64,000 bases of DNA from an uncultured Phycisphaerales bacterium (GCA_963718665.1 OY970359.1:1216001-1280000), one strand, 5' to 3'. Counted from the stretch's first letter, positions 18,620 through 28,599 are shown. Made by a program: numbers and translations. The notes: generated by a model not told the origin, from the letters alone.

Positions 18620-19525
18620 TTAAAACTTTACCCGATTGCGAAGCTCATTCAGTCGGCTGTCGATGTTACGTCTTGTTGTTTTCGTCAGGCCTTTGAGCGA
18701 AAAATCGGAGATTGTGAAAGACGCAACGACTGTGCCATAAGCGATGGCCTTTTTCAATGTAGCGAAATCGGTTTTGTTTTGGCCCGCCATATAACCCATA
18801 AAGCCGCCCGCGAAGCTGTCGCCCGCGCCGGTGGGGTCTTTGACAATTGTGGCGGGATAGGCGGGTAGGACAAACAACTGGCCGTCGGATTGACGGATGA
18901 TTGAGCCGGATTCACCCTTCTTGATAACTACGACAGTGGGGCCGAGCTTCTCAATTTTTGCCGCTGCGGTTATAAGATTATGCTCATTTGCCAGCATTCT
19001 GGCTTCACCTTCATTGAGAATGAGACAGTCGATTTTTTTCAGGAGTTGTTTCAAATCGACAAGATTGTTATTTATCCAGAGATTCATCGTATCCGCGGCG
19101 ACAAATCTGGGCTTATGGAGCTGGTCGAGAAGCTGGATTTGCAGATTCGGCGCGGTATTTGCCAAGAAGACGAATTTACTGTCTTTGTATTCCTCGGGCA
19201 TTTGGGGCGGGTTTTCGGCTAAGACGTTTAACTCGACGGCGTCAGTTATGGCCTCATTCATTGCGCCCTGATATGAGCCGGCCCAGCGGAAGGTCTTGCT
19301 TTTGTGGCGCAATTCAAGGCCGTTGAGGTCAACCTTCCGGCCTTTGAATATTTTCTTCAAATCGAACGGGCAGTCGGCCCCGATTGCTCCGAGAAACCGC
19401 ACGTGCGTAAAGAAGCTCGCCGCCATACTGAAATACACAGCCGAGCCGCCCAGACAATCCTTACTCACACCAAACGGCGTCTTTACGGTATCTATCCCGA
19501 TTGAACCAGTTACTAATAGTGACAT
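18620..19525 (-). CDS. PfkB family carbohydrate kinase
   Basis: LGGSAVY, DTMNLWI, DPTGAGDSFAGG; ATG at 19525 after AAGGA. Confidence 0.9.
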   Translation of the reverse strand: MSLLVTGSIGIDTVKTPFGVSKDCLGGSAVYFSMAASFFTHVRFLGAIGADCPFDLKKIFKGRKVDLNGLELRHKSKTFRWAGSYQGAMNEAITDAVELNVLAENPPQMPEEYKDSKFVFLANTAPNLQIQLLDQLHKPRFVAADTMNLWINNNLVDLKQLLKKIDCLILNEGEARMLANEHNLITAAAKIEKLGPTVVVIKKGESGSIIRQSDGQLFVLPAYPATIVKDPTGAGDSFAGGFMGYMAGQNKTDFATLKKAIAYGTVVASFTISDFSLKGLTKTTRRNIDSRLNELRNRVKF

Positions 19526-19542
19526 ATCTTTCCTTATATAAA

Positions 19543-19999
19543 AAAGCAAATCGAAAACAGTAAAAATACAAAGTAAAAATCAAATAGTTCTTTTCCCCTT
19601 AGCGGTTAAAATACTGGAAGCGAAAATTTTCGAGAATTCGTCCAATTCACACAAAAACCACTGCACGGATTCAGATTTGGTCCGGTGACTATCCCTGAGC
19701 ACAGCAAGCCACATTTTACTTTCATTTGTTGAACGCAAAGATATATTGAAATAATTGACGAACTCCTTTTTGCTTGCGGCTGATTGTGCCTCTACGTAAT
19801 TACCCAAAATGCTGGTTCCGCTTCTAAGCAATTGATCGCCTATTCTGTGCGAAACATTATCTTTTGGGAGTGCGTCTATGAACTCAATCAATTTCAATAC
19901 AAAGTTGTACATTCGTTTCTTAAACGCGATTTTAATGTTTTCGTTTTCTTTTTGCATTTTCCTTTGTATTTTTACTTTTTACTATTTGCCATTTGCTTT
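19543..19999. repeat. Inverted repeats bracketing the four-helix-bundle gene
   Basis: AGTAAAAATACAAAG (19559-19573) / CTTTGTATTTTTACT (19962-19976), plus AAAGCAAAT (19543-19551) / ATTTGCTTT (19991-19999). Confidence 0.75.
19580..19957 (-). CDS. Four helix bundle protein (23S rRNA IVS protein / Avd-like family)
   Basis: QLLRSGTSILGNYVEAQSAASKKEF, ISLRSTNESKMWL. Confidence 0.9.
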   Translation of the reverse strand: MQKENENIKIAFKKRMYNFVLKLIEFIDALPKDNVSHRIGDQLLRSGTSILGNYVEAQSAASKKEFVNYFNISLRSTNESKMWLAVLRDSHRTKSESVQWFLCELDEFSKIFASSILTAKGKRTI

Positions 20000-20000
20000 G

Positions 20001-21620
20001 CTACACGAATTTTTTCAATGTGTTATCGATTCTCACTAAGGTTTTTTCTTTGCCCAACAATTGCACGGAATCAAATATTGGGGGGCTTATGGTTGAGCCG
20101 GTGATTGCGACGCGGAGGGGCTGGGCAACTTTGCCCAGGCCGACCTTGTGCTCTTCGGCTAACGCACGCAGCATATCCTCGATACCCTGCTCAGTTAATT
20201 CCGCCATCGCGGCTAATTTGTCGCGGACGAGTTTCAGCATCGCAAGGCCGTTATCCTTCAATAAAACCTTTTGCACGGCCTTTTCATCGTATTGAATCCG
20301 GTCATCAGCAGTAAAAAGGAATTTGCACTTGTGCTCGATATCAGCAAGAGTCCTTGCGCCTTCGCAGATTTTAATAAAGCGAAGCAATGTCTCATCGTCG
20401 GCTTTCGCAACCGGCGAATCGACGATTTTCAGATACGCCTTAAAATGAGCAAGTAATTTTTCTTTGGGGAGCATTTTCAGATGTTCGGTGTTGTAAGAGA
20501 GAAGCTTGCCGCGGTCGAACAAGCTGTTGGATTTAGTCAACCGTGTGATATCGAAACTTTGTATGAGTTCCTCTAAAGGCATAACTTCGCGTTCGTCTCC
20601 CGTGCTCCAGCCGAGTAACGCAAGAAAATTGACCATCGCCTCGGGTATATAGCCACTATTTCGGAAATCGACGACGTTAATTTCGGGCAGAACAACGCCG
20701 ATGTATTTTGCCATTGCCTCGATTGCAGGGACATCGGGAACGCTTTCGCCTTTAAGGAAATCGTTCATCTCGTCTGCGCTAAGCCCGCCAACGCCGGCTA
20801 TTTTTTTGAGGTCGATATCGGCTTTTGCTTTGATTGCCTTGCGCAGCGTTTGCGGGCGTTCGCGTTTTGAGAGTTTGCCTCCCGATTCGCTGATAGTAAC
20901 CGACATGTGCGCATACTTTGGCGGATTGTCGAAGCCGAGCGCCTCCCACAACGCCTGCTGGCCCGGCGTATTCATTAAATGCTCCTGTCCCCTTATTACG
21001 TGGGTAATGCCCATAAGGTGGTCGTCGATTACGCAGGCGAAATTATATGTCGGGAAGCCATCGCTTTTGATTATGATGAAGTCGCCTAATTCGGCTGTAT
21101 TGAAACTGACCTCGCCGCGGACTATGTCATTGATGACGATAGTTCCTTCGGGCATCGCGAAGCGAATTGTAACGGATTTGCCCTCGGCTTTCGCTTTTTC
21201 AACTTCCGCTTCGGTCGGGAATACCGCGGGCCTTTGATATACGAAACCTTTTTTCTGTGCCTCGGCCTGTTTGCGGAGTTTTTCAAGCTCTTCGCCCGTC
21301 TCGAAACAGTAATACGCCCTGCCCATATCGAGAAGCTGCCTGATGTATTTATCGTAAGTTTCTCTTCGCTGCGACTGGAAATACGGGCCGTTCGGGCCAT
21401 CGACTTCGGGGCCTTCGTCCCAGGTTATTCCCAGCCAGCGGAGGTCGTCGATGACCTGCTGGGTAGCGGTCGGGGTATTACGTTTGAGGTCGGTATCCTC
21501 GATGCGCAGGATGAATTTGCCGCCTGTCTTGCGGGCCAAAAGCCAGTTGAACAGGGCTGTTCTTGCTCCGCCTATATGAAGGTATCCCGTCGGCGACGGG
21601 GCAAAACGAGTTACGACCAT
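20001..21620 (-). CDS. gltX: Glutamate--tRNA ligase with internal insertion
   Basis: TRFAPSPTGYLHIGGAR, LRIEDTD, KLSKR, PLRVAITG; about 60-aa insertion after KLSKR. Confidence 0.96.
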   Translation of the reverse strand: MVVTRFAPSPTGYLHIGGARTALFNWLLARKTGGKFILRIEDTDLKRNTPTATQQVIDDLRWLGITWDEGPEVDGPNGPYFQSQRRETYDKYIRQLLDMGRAYYCFETGEELEKLRKQAEAQKKGFVYQRPAVFPTEAEVEKAKAEGKSVTIRFAMPEGTIVINDIVRGEVSFNTAELGDFIIIKSDGFPTYNFACVIDDHLMGITHVIRGQEHLMNTPGQQALWEALGFDNPPKYAHMSVTISESGGKLSKRERPQTLRKAIKAKADIDLKKIAGVGGLSADEMNDFLKGESVPDVPAIEAMAKYIGVVLPEINVVDFRNSGYIPEAMVNFLALLGWSTGDEREVMPLEELIQSFDITRLTKSNSLFDRGKLLSYNTEHLKMLPKEKLLAHFKAYLKIVDSPVAKADDETLLRFIKICEGARTLADIEHKCKFLFTADDRIQYDEKAVQKVLLKDNGLAMLKLVRDKLAAMAELTEQGIEDMLRALAEEHKVGLGKVAQPLRVAITGSTISPPIFDSVQLLGKEKTLVRIDNTLKKFV

Positions 21621-21655
21621 TATCAGAAACTCCAAAAAGATATATAAGCGGGTTC

Positions 21656-21684
21656 AGGATAAGCGTAAACACCGCCGAAGTCAA
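21656..21684 (-). promoter_or_regulatory. Sigma70-type promoter for gltX
   Basis: TTGACT-N17-TATCCT on the minus strand. Confidence 0.55.
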
Positions 21685-21718
21685 TTTTCAAAACCGCCGG
21701 TATAACGTTAAACCCTGC

Positions 21719-21747
21719 TTGACTATGGCGGGCGGGAGGACTAAAAT
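21719..21747 (+). promoter_or_regulatory. Sigma70-type promoter for thrS
   Basis: TTGACT-N17-TAAAAT. Confidence 0.65.
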
Positions 21748-21799
21748 GGCTTTGGTTTACAGTAATTTTTGAAATAGGACTGATTTATCGGATTGACAA

Positions 21800-23714
21800 A
21801 TGGCGAGGATTAAACTGCCGGATGGCGCGATTATAGAGGCCAATGACGGCATTACGGGAAAGCAAGTAGCAGAAAAAATCGGTGCAGGACTGGCGAAGGC
21901 GGCCATAGCGGCCAAAGTCAACGGCAACCTCGTTGACCTGTCGGCCCCGATAAACGGGGATGTGAGCATCCAAATCATCACCTCCAAAGATACCGAAGGC
22001 CTTGAAATAATGCGACATAGTTGCGCATATTATGGCCGAGGCGATTTGCCTGCTCTGGCCCAAAACAAAGCTTGTTTATGGGCCGACCGTTGATGACGGG
22101 TTTTATTACGATATCGACCTTGATGAGCCGATTCGCCCGGGTGATTTCGAACGCATCGAGGAGAAGATGAGCGAAATCGTCAAGGCCGACAAACCCTTTA
22201 TCAGGAAAGAAATGACCCGCGCCGAGGCGATCGCCAAACTTGGCGGCGAAAAATACAAAACCGACAACGTCAACCGCGCTACCGGCGACATACTCAGCTT
22301 TTACTCATCCGGCGACGGTTTCGAGGATCTTTGCCGCGGGCCGCATATCCCAAGCGCGGGCAAAGCGGGTGCATTCAAGATTATGTCGGTAGCCGGGGCT
22401 TACTGGCATGGCGACGCGACGCTGAAGATGCTGCAAAGGGTCTATGGAACCTGCTGGCGAAACCGCAAAGAGCTTGACGAATATCTTACCCGTCTCGAAG
22501 AAGCAAAAAAACGCGACCACCGCGTTATCGGCAGGCAGTTGGATTTGTTCAGCTTTAATGACGCAGGGCCAGGTTTCGCGTTTATGCACCCAAAGGGGAT
22601 GATTATCTGGAATTCGATAGTTGATTTCTGGCGCGGCGTTCACAAGCGATTTGGCTACGAGGAAATCAAAACGCCCATTATTCTTAACAAAGACCTGTGG
22701 CACAAGAGCGGCCACTGGGACCATTACAAAGAGAATATGTATTTCACCCGCTTCGACGATGCCGACTACGCGATAAAGCCGATGAACTGCCCGGGCGGCT
22801 GCTTAGTTTACCAAACCCGCAAACATTCCTACCGCGAATTCCCGCTGCGGGTCGCGGAGCTGGGGCTTGTCCACCGCCACGAAGCAAGCGGCGTAATACA
22901 CGGGCTTTTCAGGGTGCGGCAATTTACCCAGGACGACGCACATATTTTCTGCACCCCCGACCAGATTGAGGCGGAAATCATCGGCGTTATCGAGCTGACC
23001 TTCGAGATATACCGGGCATTCGGCTTCAAGGATTTCCACATCGAGCTATCCACCAAGCCCGAAAACCACATCGGCTCGGATGAAATATGGGAAACCGCCA
23101 CCAACGCCCTCATTAATGCCCTTAAGCACAAAAATATCGATTACAAGGTCAACGAGGGCGATGGCGCCTTTTATGGCCCCAAAATCGATTTCCATATCGA
23201 GGATTCACTGAAACGCTCCTGGCAGCTTGGCACCATCCAGCTCGATTTCTCGATGCCCCAGCGGTTCGAACTTGTTTTTACCGATAAGGACAACACCGAG
23301 AAGACGCCCGTTATGATTCACCGCGCGGTACTTGGCTCATTCGAGCGGTTTATCGGGATTCTCATCGAGCATTACGCGGGCGATATGCCTCTGTGGCTCG
23401 CTCCGCAACAGGTGATAATACTGCCCATAAGCGAAAAGACCAATGATTACGCCAAAGCGGTCGAAACCCGATTAAAGGCGCAGGGGTTGCGTGTCTCCTG
23501 CGATTTGACCGATGAGAAAATCGGGGCAAAAATCGCCCGAACACACGGCGACAAGCCCCCATATATGCTGGTGGTAGGGCCCAAGGAATCGCAGTCGGAT
23601 TCCGTAAACGTCAGGATTCGGGGCCAAGAGCAGACAAAGACGCTGAAAGTGGATGAATTTGCGGCAATCGCGGTAAAGAAAATTGCCGATAAGCAGGTAG
23701 AGCTGGCCTTGTAG
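21800..23714 (+). CDS. thrS: Threonine--tRNA ligase, frameshift at about 22024
   Basis: TGS domain MARIKLPDG...RHSC in one frame; AHIMAEA...DLCRGPH, KPMNCP, RVRQFTQDDAH, GAFYGPKID in another. Confidence 0.93.
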
Positions 23715-23777
23715 GCCGAGAGGTTTGAAGATTCTGACAGGCAACCACATTTATAGTTTTTGGAAAGGTGACAGTGA

Positions 23778-24296
23778 GTGATAATAAAAGTTAAGGGGTT
23801 GAGGATAAATGGGGGGATACGAGCAGATAAGGTTCGGCTCGTAGATGCAGAAAACAATCAGGTCGGTATAGTTGAGCGGCTTTTCGCCCTGGAAAAATCC
23901 CGAGAGGCCAATCTGGATCTCGTCGAGGTATCGCCGACCAGCGACCCGCCGGTATGCCGGATAATGGATTACGGCAAGTGGGTCTATGAGCAGAAACGCA
24001 AAATCCGCGAGGCACGCAAAAAAACGCACCATACCGGTTCACTCAAGGAAGTCCGGCTGCGGCCCGAAACGGATACACACGATATTGAGATAAAGGTCAA
24101 GCACGCCCGTGAGTTTATCGAAAAGGGGCACAAGGTCCAGTTTACGCTTGTTTTCCGCGGCCGACAGATGCTCCACAAGGAAAAAGGCGCGGAGGTTCTC
24201 AACGGCATAATTGAGTCCTTAGTGGATGTAGCCAAGGTTGACCGCTCCAGCGAGATGATGGGCAAGCGGATGACCATGGTGATTGCGCCAAAGTAA
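23778..24296 (+). CDS. infC: Translation initiation factor IF-3
   Basis: LDLVEVSP, PPVCRIMDYGK, KEVRLRP, FRGRQ; no ATG start (GTG or ATA). Confidence 0.95.
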   Translation: MIIKVKGLRINGGIRADKVRLVDAENNQVGIVERLFALEKSREANLDLVEVSPTSDPPVCRIMDYGKWVYEQKRKIREARKKTHHTGSLKEVRLRPETDTHDIEIKVKHAREFIEKGHKVQFTLVFRGRQMLHKEKGAEVLNGIIESLVDVAKVDRSSEMMGKRMTMVIAPK

Positions 24297-24341
24297 TAAG
24301 CCCGAAATAGTCGTTTTTCCCGTATAATCCTAAAATCGCTG

Positions 24342-24370
24342 TTGACCCTGGCAGGCAAATAGTGTATTCT
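24342..24370 (+). promoter_or_regulatory. Sigma70-type promoter for rpmI-rplT
   Basis: TTGACC-N17-TATTCT. Confidence 0.55.
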
Positions 24371-24376
24371 CCTCTG

Positions 24377-24444
24377 TTTAACCCGTGAGATAGCAAATCG
24401 ATATATCGATATGCTATCTCCAACGTTTTATCTCGCGGGTTGAA
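24377..24444. repeat. Inverted-repeat element (CCCGTGAGATA family), copy 1
   Basis: TTTAACCCGTGAGATA...TATCTCGCGGGTTGAA, related to 55167-55241. Confidence 0.7.
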
Positions 24445-24506
24445 CTTATTGCCGGGTAATGCTGTTATGCGCCCGGTTGAACGGACTTTTTTCAGGGTAG
24501 CGAACG

Positions 24507-24701
24507 ATGCCAAAGATGAAGACCCATAAGGGAATAAAAAAGAGATTCAAGGTTACCGCCTCAGGGAAACTGAGATACAAGCACCCGTCGGGCAACCATT
24601 TAATGAATAGCAAGAACGCCAAGAAGCGAAAAAGGATAGCCGGCCCCGCTATTATGACCGGGGTTTACGCCGATAAAATCAAGGCGATGTCCGGCAAATA
24701 G
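24507..24701 (+). CDS. rpmI: 50S ribosomal protein L35
   Basis: MPKMKTHKGIKKRFKVTASGK; synteny. Confidence 0.95.
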   Translation: MPKMKTHKGIKKRFKVTASGKLRYKHPSGNHLMNSKNAKKRKRIAGPAIMTGVYADKIKAMSGK

Positions 24702-24782
24702 CTTGTTTCGGCCCGCGTGAATCGAGGAATCGATTGCTTGCGATTGGCCGACTTAGCAGTGAGTTAAGAAAGGAAATCGGGT

Positions 24783-25139
24783 ATGCCAAGAATTAGAAAA
24801 AGCGCCGCAAGACGCCAGGCGCACAAAAGAGTATTAAAGGCGGCGAAGGGTCATCGCAGTTCCGCCGGTCATCTTTATCGTGCCGCGAAGGAAGCGATTG
24901 TTCGTGCGGGAGTTTATTCGCGTTTTGGTCGTAAGCTGCGCAAACGCGATTTCAGATCGCTGTGGATTACACGGCTGACCGCCGCCTGCCAGCAGCGGGG
25001 CATTATGTACAGCCGGCTTGTCAGCGGACTCAAAAAAACCAATATCACCCTGAACCGCAAGATGCTCAGTGAAATAGCGATAGCCGACCCGGTTGCGTTC
25101 GACGCAATCGTCGCGGCGGCAAAACCGGCGAAAATATAA
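24783..25139 (+). CDS. rplT: 50S ribosomal protein L20
   Basis: RKRDFRSLWITRL, LNRKMLSEIAI. Confidence 0.97.
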   Translation: MPRIRKSAARRQAHKRVLKAAKGHRSSAGHLYRAAKEAIVRAGVYSRFGRKLRKRDFRSLWITRLTAACQQRGIMYSRLVSGLKKTNITLNRKMLSEIAIADPVAFDAIVAAAKPAKI

Positions 25140-25147
25140 GAGTTTAA

Positions 25148-25175
25148 CTCCCGCCACATAGGCGGGAGCTATTTC
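25148..25175 (+). terminator. Hairpin after rplT
   Basis: CTCCCGCC-ACATA-GGCGGGAG, weak T tail. Confidence 0.45.
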
Positions 25176-25208
25176 TGTGAAAACGGGAATCCAGTTTCAG
25201 GACAGGGG

Positions 25209-26201
25209 ATGCTTGAGCAATTCGCCAAAATCGGTAAGGACGCTCTCGAAGAGCTAAAAGCAGTCGCCGATAGCGCGTCGCTGGAGCAATTCCGTATAAA
25301 ATACCTCAGCAGAAAAGGCCTCGTTACCCAGATACTTACACAAATCGGAAAAGTATCAGCCGAACAAAGACCTGCGGCGGGCCAGTTGGCCAACAAAATC
25401 AAAAACGAGGTAACTGCCGCATTCGAGCAGCTTAAGGAAAAAATCACCCAGACCCAGCGTTCTAAAAGCAGGCAATTGATTGATGTTACCCTGCCGGGGA
25501 TACAGCCGCGAATCGGCAAAAGACACGTTATAAATCAGACCACAAACGAATTACTGGAGATTTTCGCCCGGATGGGCTTTCCGGTCGCATACGGGCCTGA
25601 GGTTGAGGACGAATGGCACAATTTCGTCGCACTCAATATCCCCGCTGAGCATCCGGCACGCGACCCCTTGGATAACTTTTACGTCGATGACCAAACCCTT
25701 TTGCGGAGTCAGACCTCGACAATCCAGATTCGCGTGATGGAAAAGCAAAAGCCCCCTATCCGCATCGTTGCCCCGGGCCGGGTTTACAGGCCCGATACAG
25801 TTGACGCGACACATATGTTTATGTTCCACCAGCTCGAAGCACTCGTCGTCGATGAGGGTGTTACTATGGTCGATATGAAAACCACAATCGACCAGTTCAT
25901 AAAGGTTTTCCTGGGCAAGGATGTAAAATGGCGTTTTCGCCCGAGTTTTTTCCCGTTCACCGAGCCGAGCGCAGAAGTGGATTTGCTGTTAGTCGATAAG
26001 ACGGGCAAGGAGGTATGGGTCGAGATGGGCGGCTGTGGTATGGTTGACCCGAATGTTTTTGACGCCGTGGGTATCGATAGCGAAAAATACACCGGCTGGG
26101 CTTTCGGCTTCGGCATCGAACGGCTGGCTATGAGAAAATACGGCATCACCGATATTCGTTTATTCTATGAAAATGACCTTCGCTTCTTACAGCAGTTCTG
26201 A
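25209..26201 (+). CDS. pheS: Phenylalanine--tRNA ligase alpha subunit
   Basis: HPARD, LLRSQTS, PGRVYR, FHQLE, FPFTEPSAEVD, AFGFGIERL. Confidence 0.97.
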   Translation: MLEQFAKIGKDALEELKAVADSASLEQFRIKYLSRKGLVTQILTQIGKVSAEQRPAAGQLANKIKNEVTAAFEQLKEKITQTQRSKSRQLIDVTLPGIQPRIGKRHVINQTTNELLEIFARMGFPVAYGPEVEDEWHNFVALNIPAEHPARDPLDNFYVDDQTLLRSQTSTIQIRVMEKQKPPIRIVAPGRVYRPDTVDATHMFMFHQLEALVVDEGVTMVDMKTTIDQFIKVFLGKDVKWRFRPSFFPFTEPSAEVDLLLVDKTGKEVWVEMGGCGMVDPNVFDAVGIDSEKYTGWAFGFGIERLAMRKYGITDIRLFYENDLRFLQQF

Positions 26202-26215
26202 AATTGAACTGCTAA

Positions 26216-26234
26216 TCCTGAGCTTGTCGAAGGA
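26216..26234 (+). repeat. REP-like repeat TCCTGAGCTTGTCGAAGGA
   Basis: Related copies at 27685-27710, 28578-28597, 39569-39594. Confidence 0.65.
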
Positions 26235-26266
26235 CTAATTCAGTTTTAAGTTGCGGAGACAATAAT

Positions 26267-27145
26267 ATGAATTACAAAGGTATAATCCTCGCAGGCGGGA
26301 GCGGCACCCGGCTGCATCCCGTAACAAAAGCCATAAGCAAGCAGCTCATCCCGGTCTATGATAAGCCGATGGTTTATTATCCGCTGACGACGCTGATGCT
26401 GGCGGGAATAAAAGAGATTCTTGTAATCAGCACGCCCGCTGACCTGCCAATGTACAAAAAAGTCCTCGACGATGGTTCGCAGTGGGGTATCCGGCTCGAA
26501 TACGCCGAACAGCCAAGGCCCGAAGGGCTTGCACAGGCGTTTATAATCGGCAAAAAGTTTTTGGCGGGCAGCCCGGCATGTTTGATTCTCGGCGATAATA
26601 TCTTTTATGGCCACGGGCTTGTCGATTCGCTAAAAAAGGCTGTCAGCAGTGAAGCCGGCGCATCGATATTCGGCTATTGGGTCAGGGACCCGCACCGATA
26701 CGGCGTTATCGAGTTCGACAAAACCGGCAAGGTAATATCAATCGAGGAAAAACCCAAAAAACCAAAATCCAATTATGCGGCCGTAGGGCTTTACTTCTAC
26801 GATTCGCAGGTCTGCGACATCGCCGCGACCATAAAACCCTCCGCCAGGGGCGAGTATGAAATTACCGACCTCAATAACGCTTATCTTAAAATCAACAAGC
26901 TGAAAGTCGAATTGCTGGGACGCGGGACCGCCTGGCTTGATACCGGCACGCCCGAATCGATGCTCCAGGCGTCGAATTTTGTCCAGACCGTCCAGCAAAG
27001 ACAAGGCCTAATGATTGCCTGCCCCGAAGAAATTGCGTTTCACCTCGGCCTTATCGACGCCAAACAATTGACCAAACTCGCAGAACCCTTAGCCAAAAAC
27101 TGGTATGGGCAATACCTGCTTAATCTTGTGGATGAGTGCCGCTGA
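26267..27145 (+). CDS. rfbA: Glucose-1-phosphate thymidylyltransferase
   Basis: [44 protein letters not shown]. Confidence 0.97.
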   Translation: MNYKGIILAGGSGTRLHPVTKAISKQLIPVYDKPMVYYPLTTLMLAGIKEILVISTPADLPMYKKVLDDGSQWGIRLEYAEQPRPEGLAQAFIIGKKFLAGSPACLILGDNIFYGHGLVDSLKKAVSSEAGASIFGYWVRDPHRYGVIEFDKTGKVISIEEKPKKPKSNYAAVGLYFYDSQVCDIAATIKPSARGEYEITDLNNAYLKINKLKVELLGRGTAWLDTGTPESMLQASNFVQTVQQRQGLMIACPEEIAFHLGLIDAKQLTKLAEPLAKNWYGQYLLNLVDECR

Positions 27146-27733
27146 ATGAAAGTTACACAGACGAAACTCCACGGTGTGCTGATTATTGAACCCGATGTTT
27201 TCGGTGACGCACGCGGTTTTTTTATCGAAACATTTAGCAGCAAACGTTATGAAGAAGCGGGACTGAGTCAGCCGTTTGTGCAGGATAACATCTCGTTTTC
27301 GACAAAGGGCACCCTGCGGGGTCTTCATTTTCAAAATCCGCACGCACAGGGCAAATTAGTGCAGGTATTATCCGGCGAGGTTCTCGACGTGGCTGTCGAT
27401 ATCCGCGTCGGCTCACCCGATTTCGGACAATGGTTCAGCGAAACGCTGTCGGCGGAAAATCACAAACAGATGTATATCCCGTCGGGTTTCGCGCACGGCT
27501 TCTGCGTTCTGAGTGACAACGCGCTATTCTCCTACAAATGCACCGACTACTACAGCCCGACAACCGAGGGCGGCATAATCTGGGATGACCCGGACATTGG
27601 GATTGCTTGGCCGATTAACAACCCGCTGGTTTCGAAGAAGGACGCCGGTTATCCCCGGCTCAAGGATATTCCTAAAGACAAACTGCCTGTCCTGAGCAAA
27701 CTCGAAGGGCCGCGATACGGGGAAAACAAATGA
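27146..27733 (+). CDS. rfbC: dTDP-4-dehydrorhamnose 3,5-epimerase
   Basis: FGDARGFF, QDNISFS, LRGLHFQ, GFAHGF, YKCT. Confidence 0.96.
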   Translation: MKVTQTKLHGVLIIEPDVFGDARGFFIETFSSKRYEEAGLSQPFVQDNISFSTKGTLRGLHFQNPHAQGKLVQVLSGEVLDVAVDIRVGSPDFGQWFSETLSAENHKQMYIPSGFAHGFCVLSDNALFSYKCTDYYSPTTEGGIIWDDPDIGIAWPINNPLVSKKDAGYPRLKDIPKDKLPVLSKLEGPRYGENK

Positions 27734-28584
27734 GCGGCTCTCCTGATAAAGTAATCATACTCGGCGGCAGGGGAATGTTGGGCACAGACGTCGCCGCGGA
27801 GTGCAAAAGCCGGGGTATCGACTACGAGGTGTTCGACCTGCCTGAATTCGATATAACCAACGAACATCAGTTATTGAGCGTAATTCATCCGGCGAAAACG
27901 ATAGTCAATTGCGCGGCTTACACCAATGTTGAAAAGGCCGAGACCGAAACTGAGCTTGCGTTTCGCGTCAACGCCGAGGCCATAAAAATGCTTGCCGTAT
28001 CCGCGAGGAAATCGGGGGCGTGGGTTCTGCATATAAGCACCGATTTTGTTTTCGACGGTGCCTCCGATAAACCATATACCGAAAAAGACATTCCGCACCC
28101 CATCAACGCTTACGGCAGAACCAAGCTTGTGGGCGAGCGTCTGCTGGTTGAAAACCACTGCCATTACTGTATCATGCGGGTCGAGTGGACTTACGGGCGC
28201 AACGGCGATAATTTCATAAAGAAAATCATTCAAAAGGCACAGACACAAAAAGAAATGAAGGTTGTCGATGACCAGGTCGGCTCGCCTACCGCGACAACCG
28301 AGGCCGCTGGGGCCATTTGTGACCTCATCAGCAAAAAGCCGACGGGCATATACCATTTCGCGAACCAGAGATACGCCAGCCGACTTGAAGTCGCCCGGTT
28401 TATCGCAGAAAAGCTGAATCTCGGCGTTAAACTGACCCCCTGCAAAACCAGTGATTTCCCTTCCGCGGCGGCCAGGCCGTTAAACAGCAGATTCGATTGC
28501 AGCAAAATAAGGCCCCTGCTCAGCAGCCCGATTAAACCCTGGCAGGGACCTCTGGAGGAATTCCTTAAACAGGCCCGGTCCTGA
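27730..28584 (+). CDS. rfbD: dTDP-4-dehydrorhamnose reductase
   Basis: GGRGMLG, NCAAYTNVE, ISTDFVFDG, YGRTK, DQVGSPT. Confidence 0.95.
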   Translation: MSGSPDKVIILGGRGMLGTDVAAECKSRGIDYEVFDLPEFDITNEHQLLSVIHPAKTIVNCAAYTNVEKAETETELAFRVNAEAIKMLAVSARKSGAWVLHISTDFVFDGASDKPYTEKDIPHPINAYGRTKLVGERLLVENHCHYCIMRVEWTYGRNGDNFIKKIIQKAQTQKEMKVVDDQVGSPTATTEAAGAICDLISKKPTGIYHFANQRYASRLEVARFIAEKLNLGVKLTPCKTSDFPSAAARPLNSRFDCSKIRPLLSSPIKPWQGPLEEFLKQARS

Positions 28585-28599
28585 GCGGAGTCGAAGAAT

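Noticed and set aside
19580..19957. Diversity-generating retroelement suggested by the Avd-like gene
   Set aside because: No reverse transcriptase and no TR/VR pair seen; the glnS and trpC tail copies do not differ specifically at adenines
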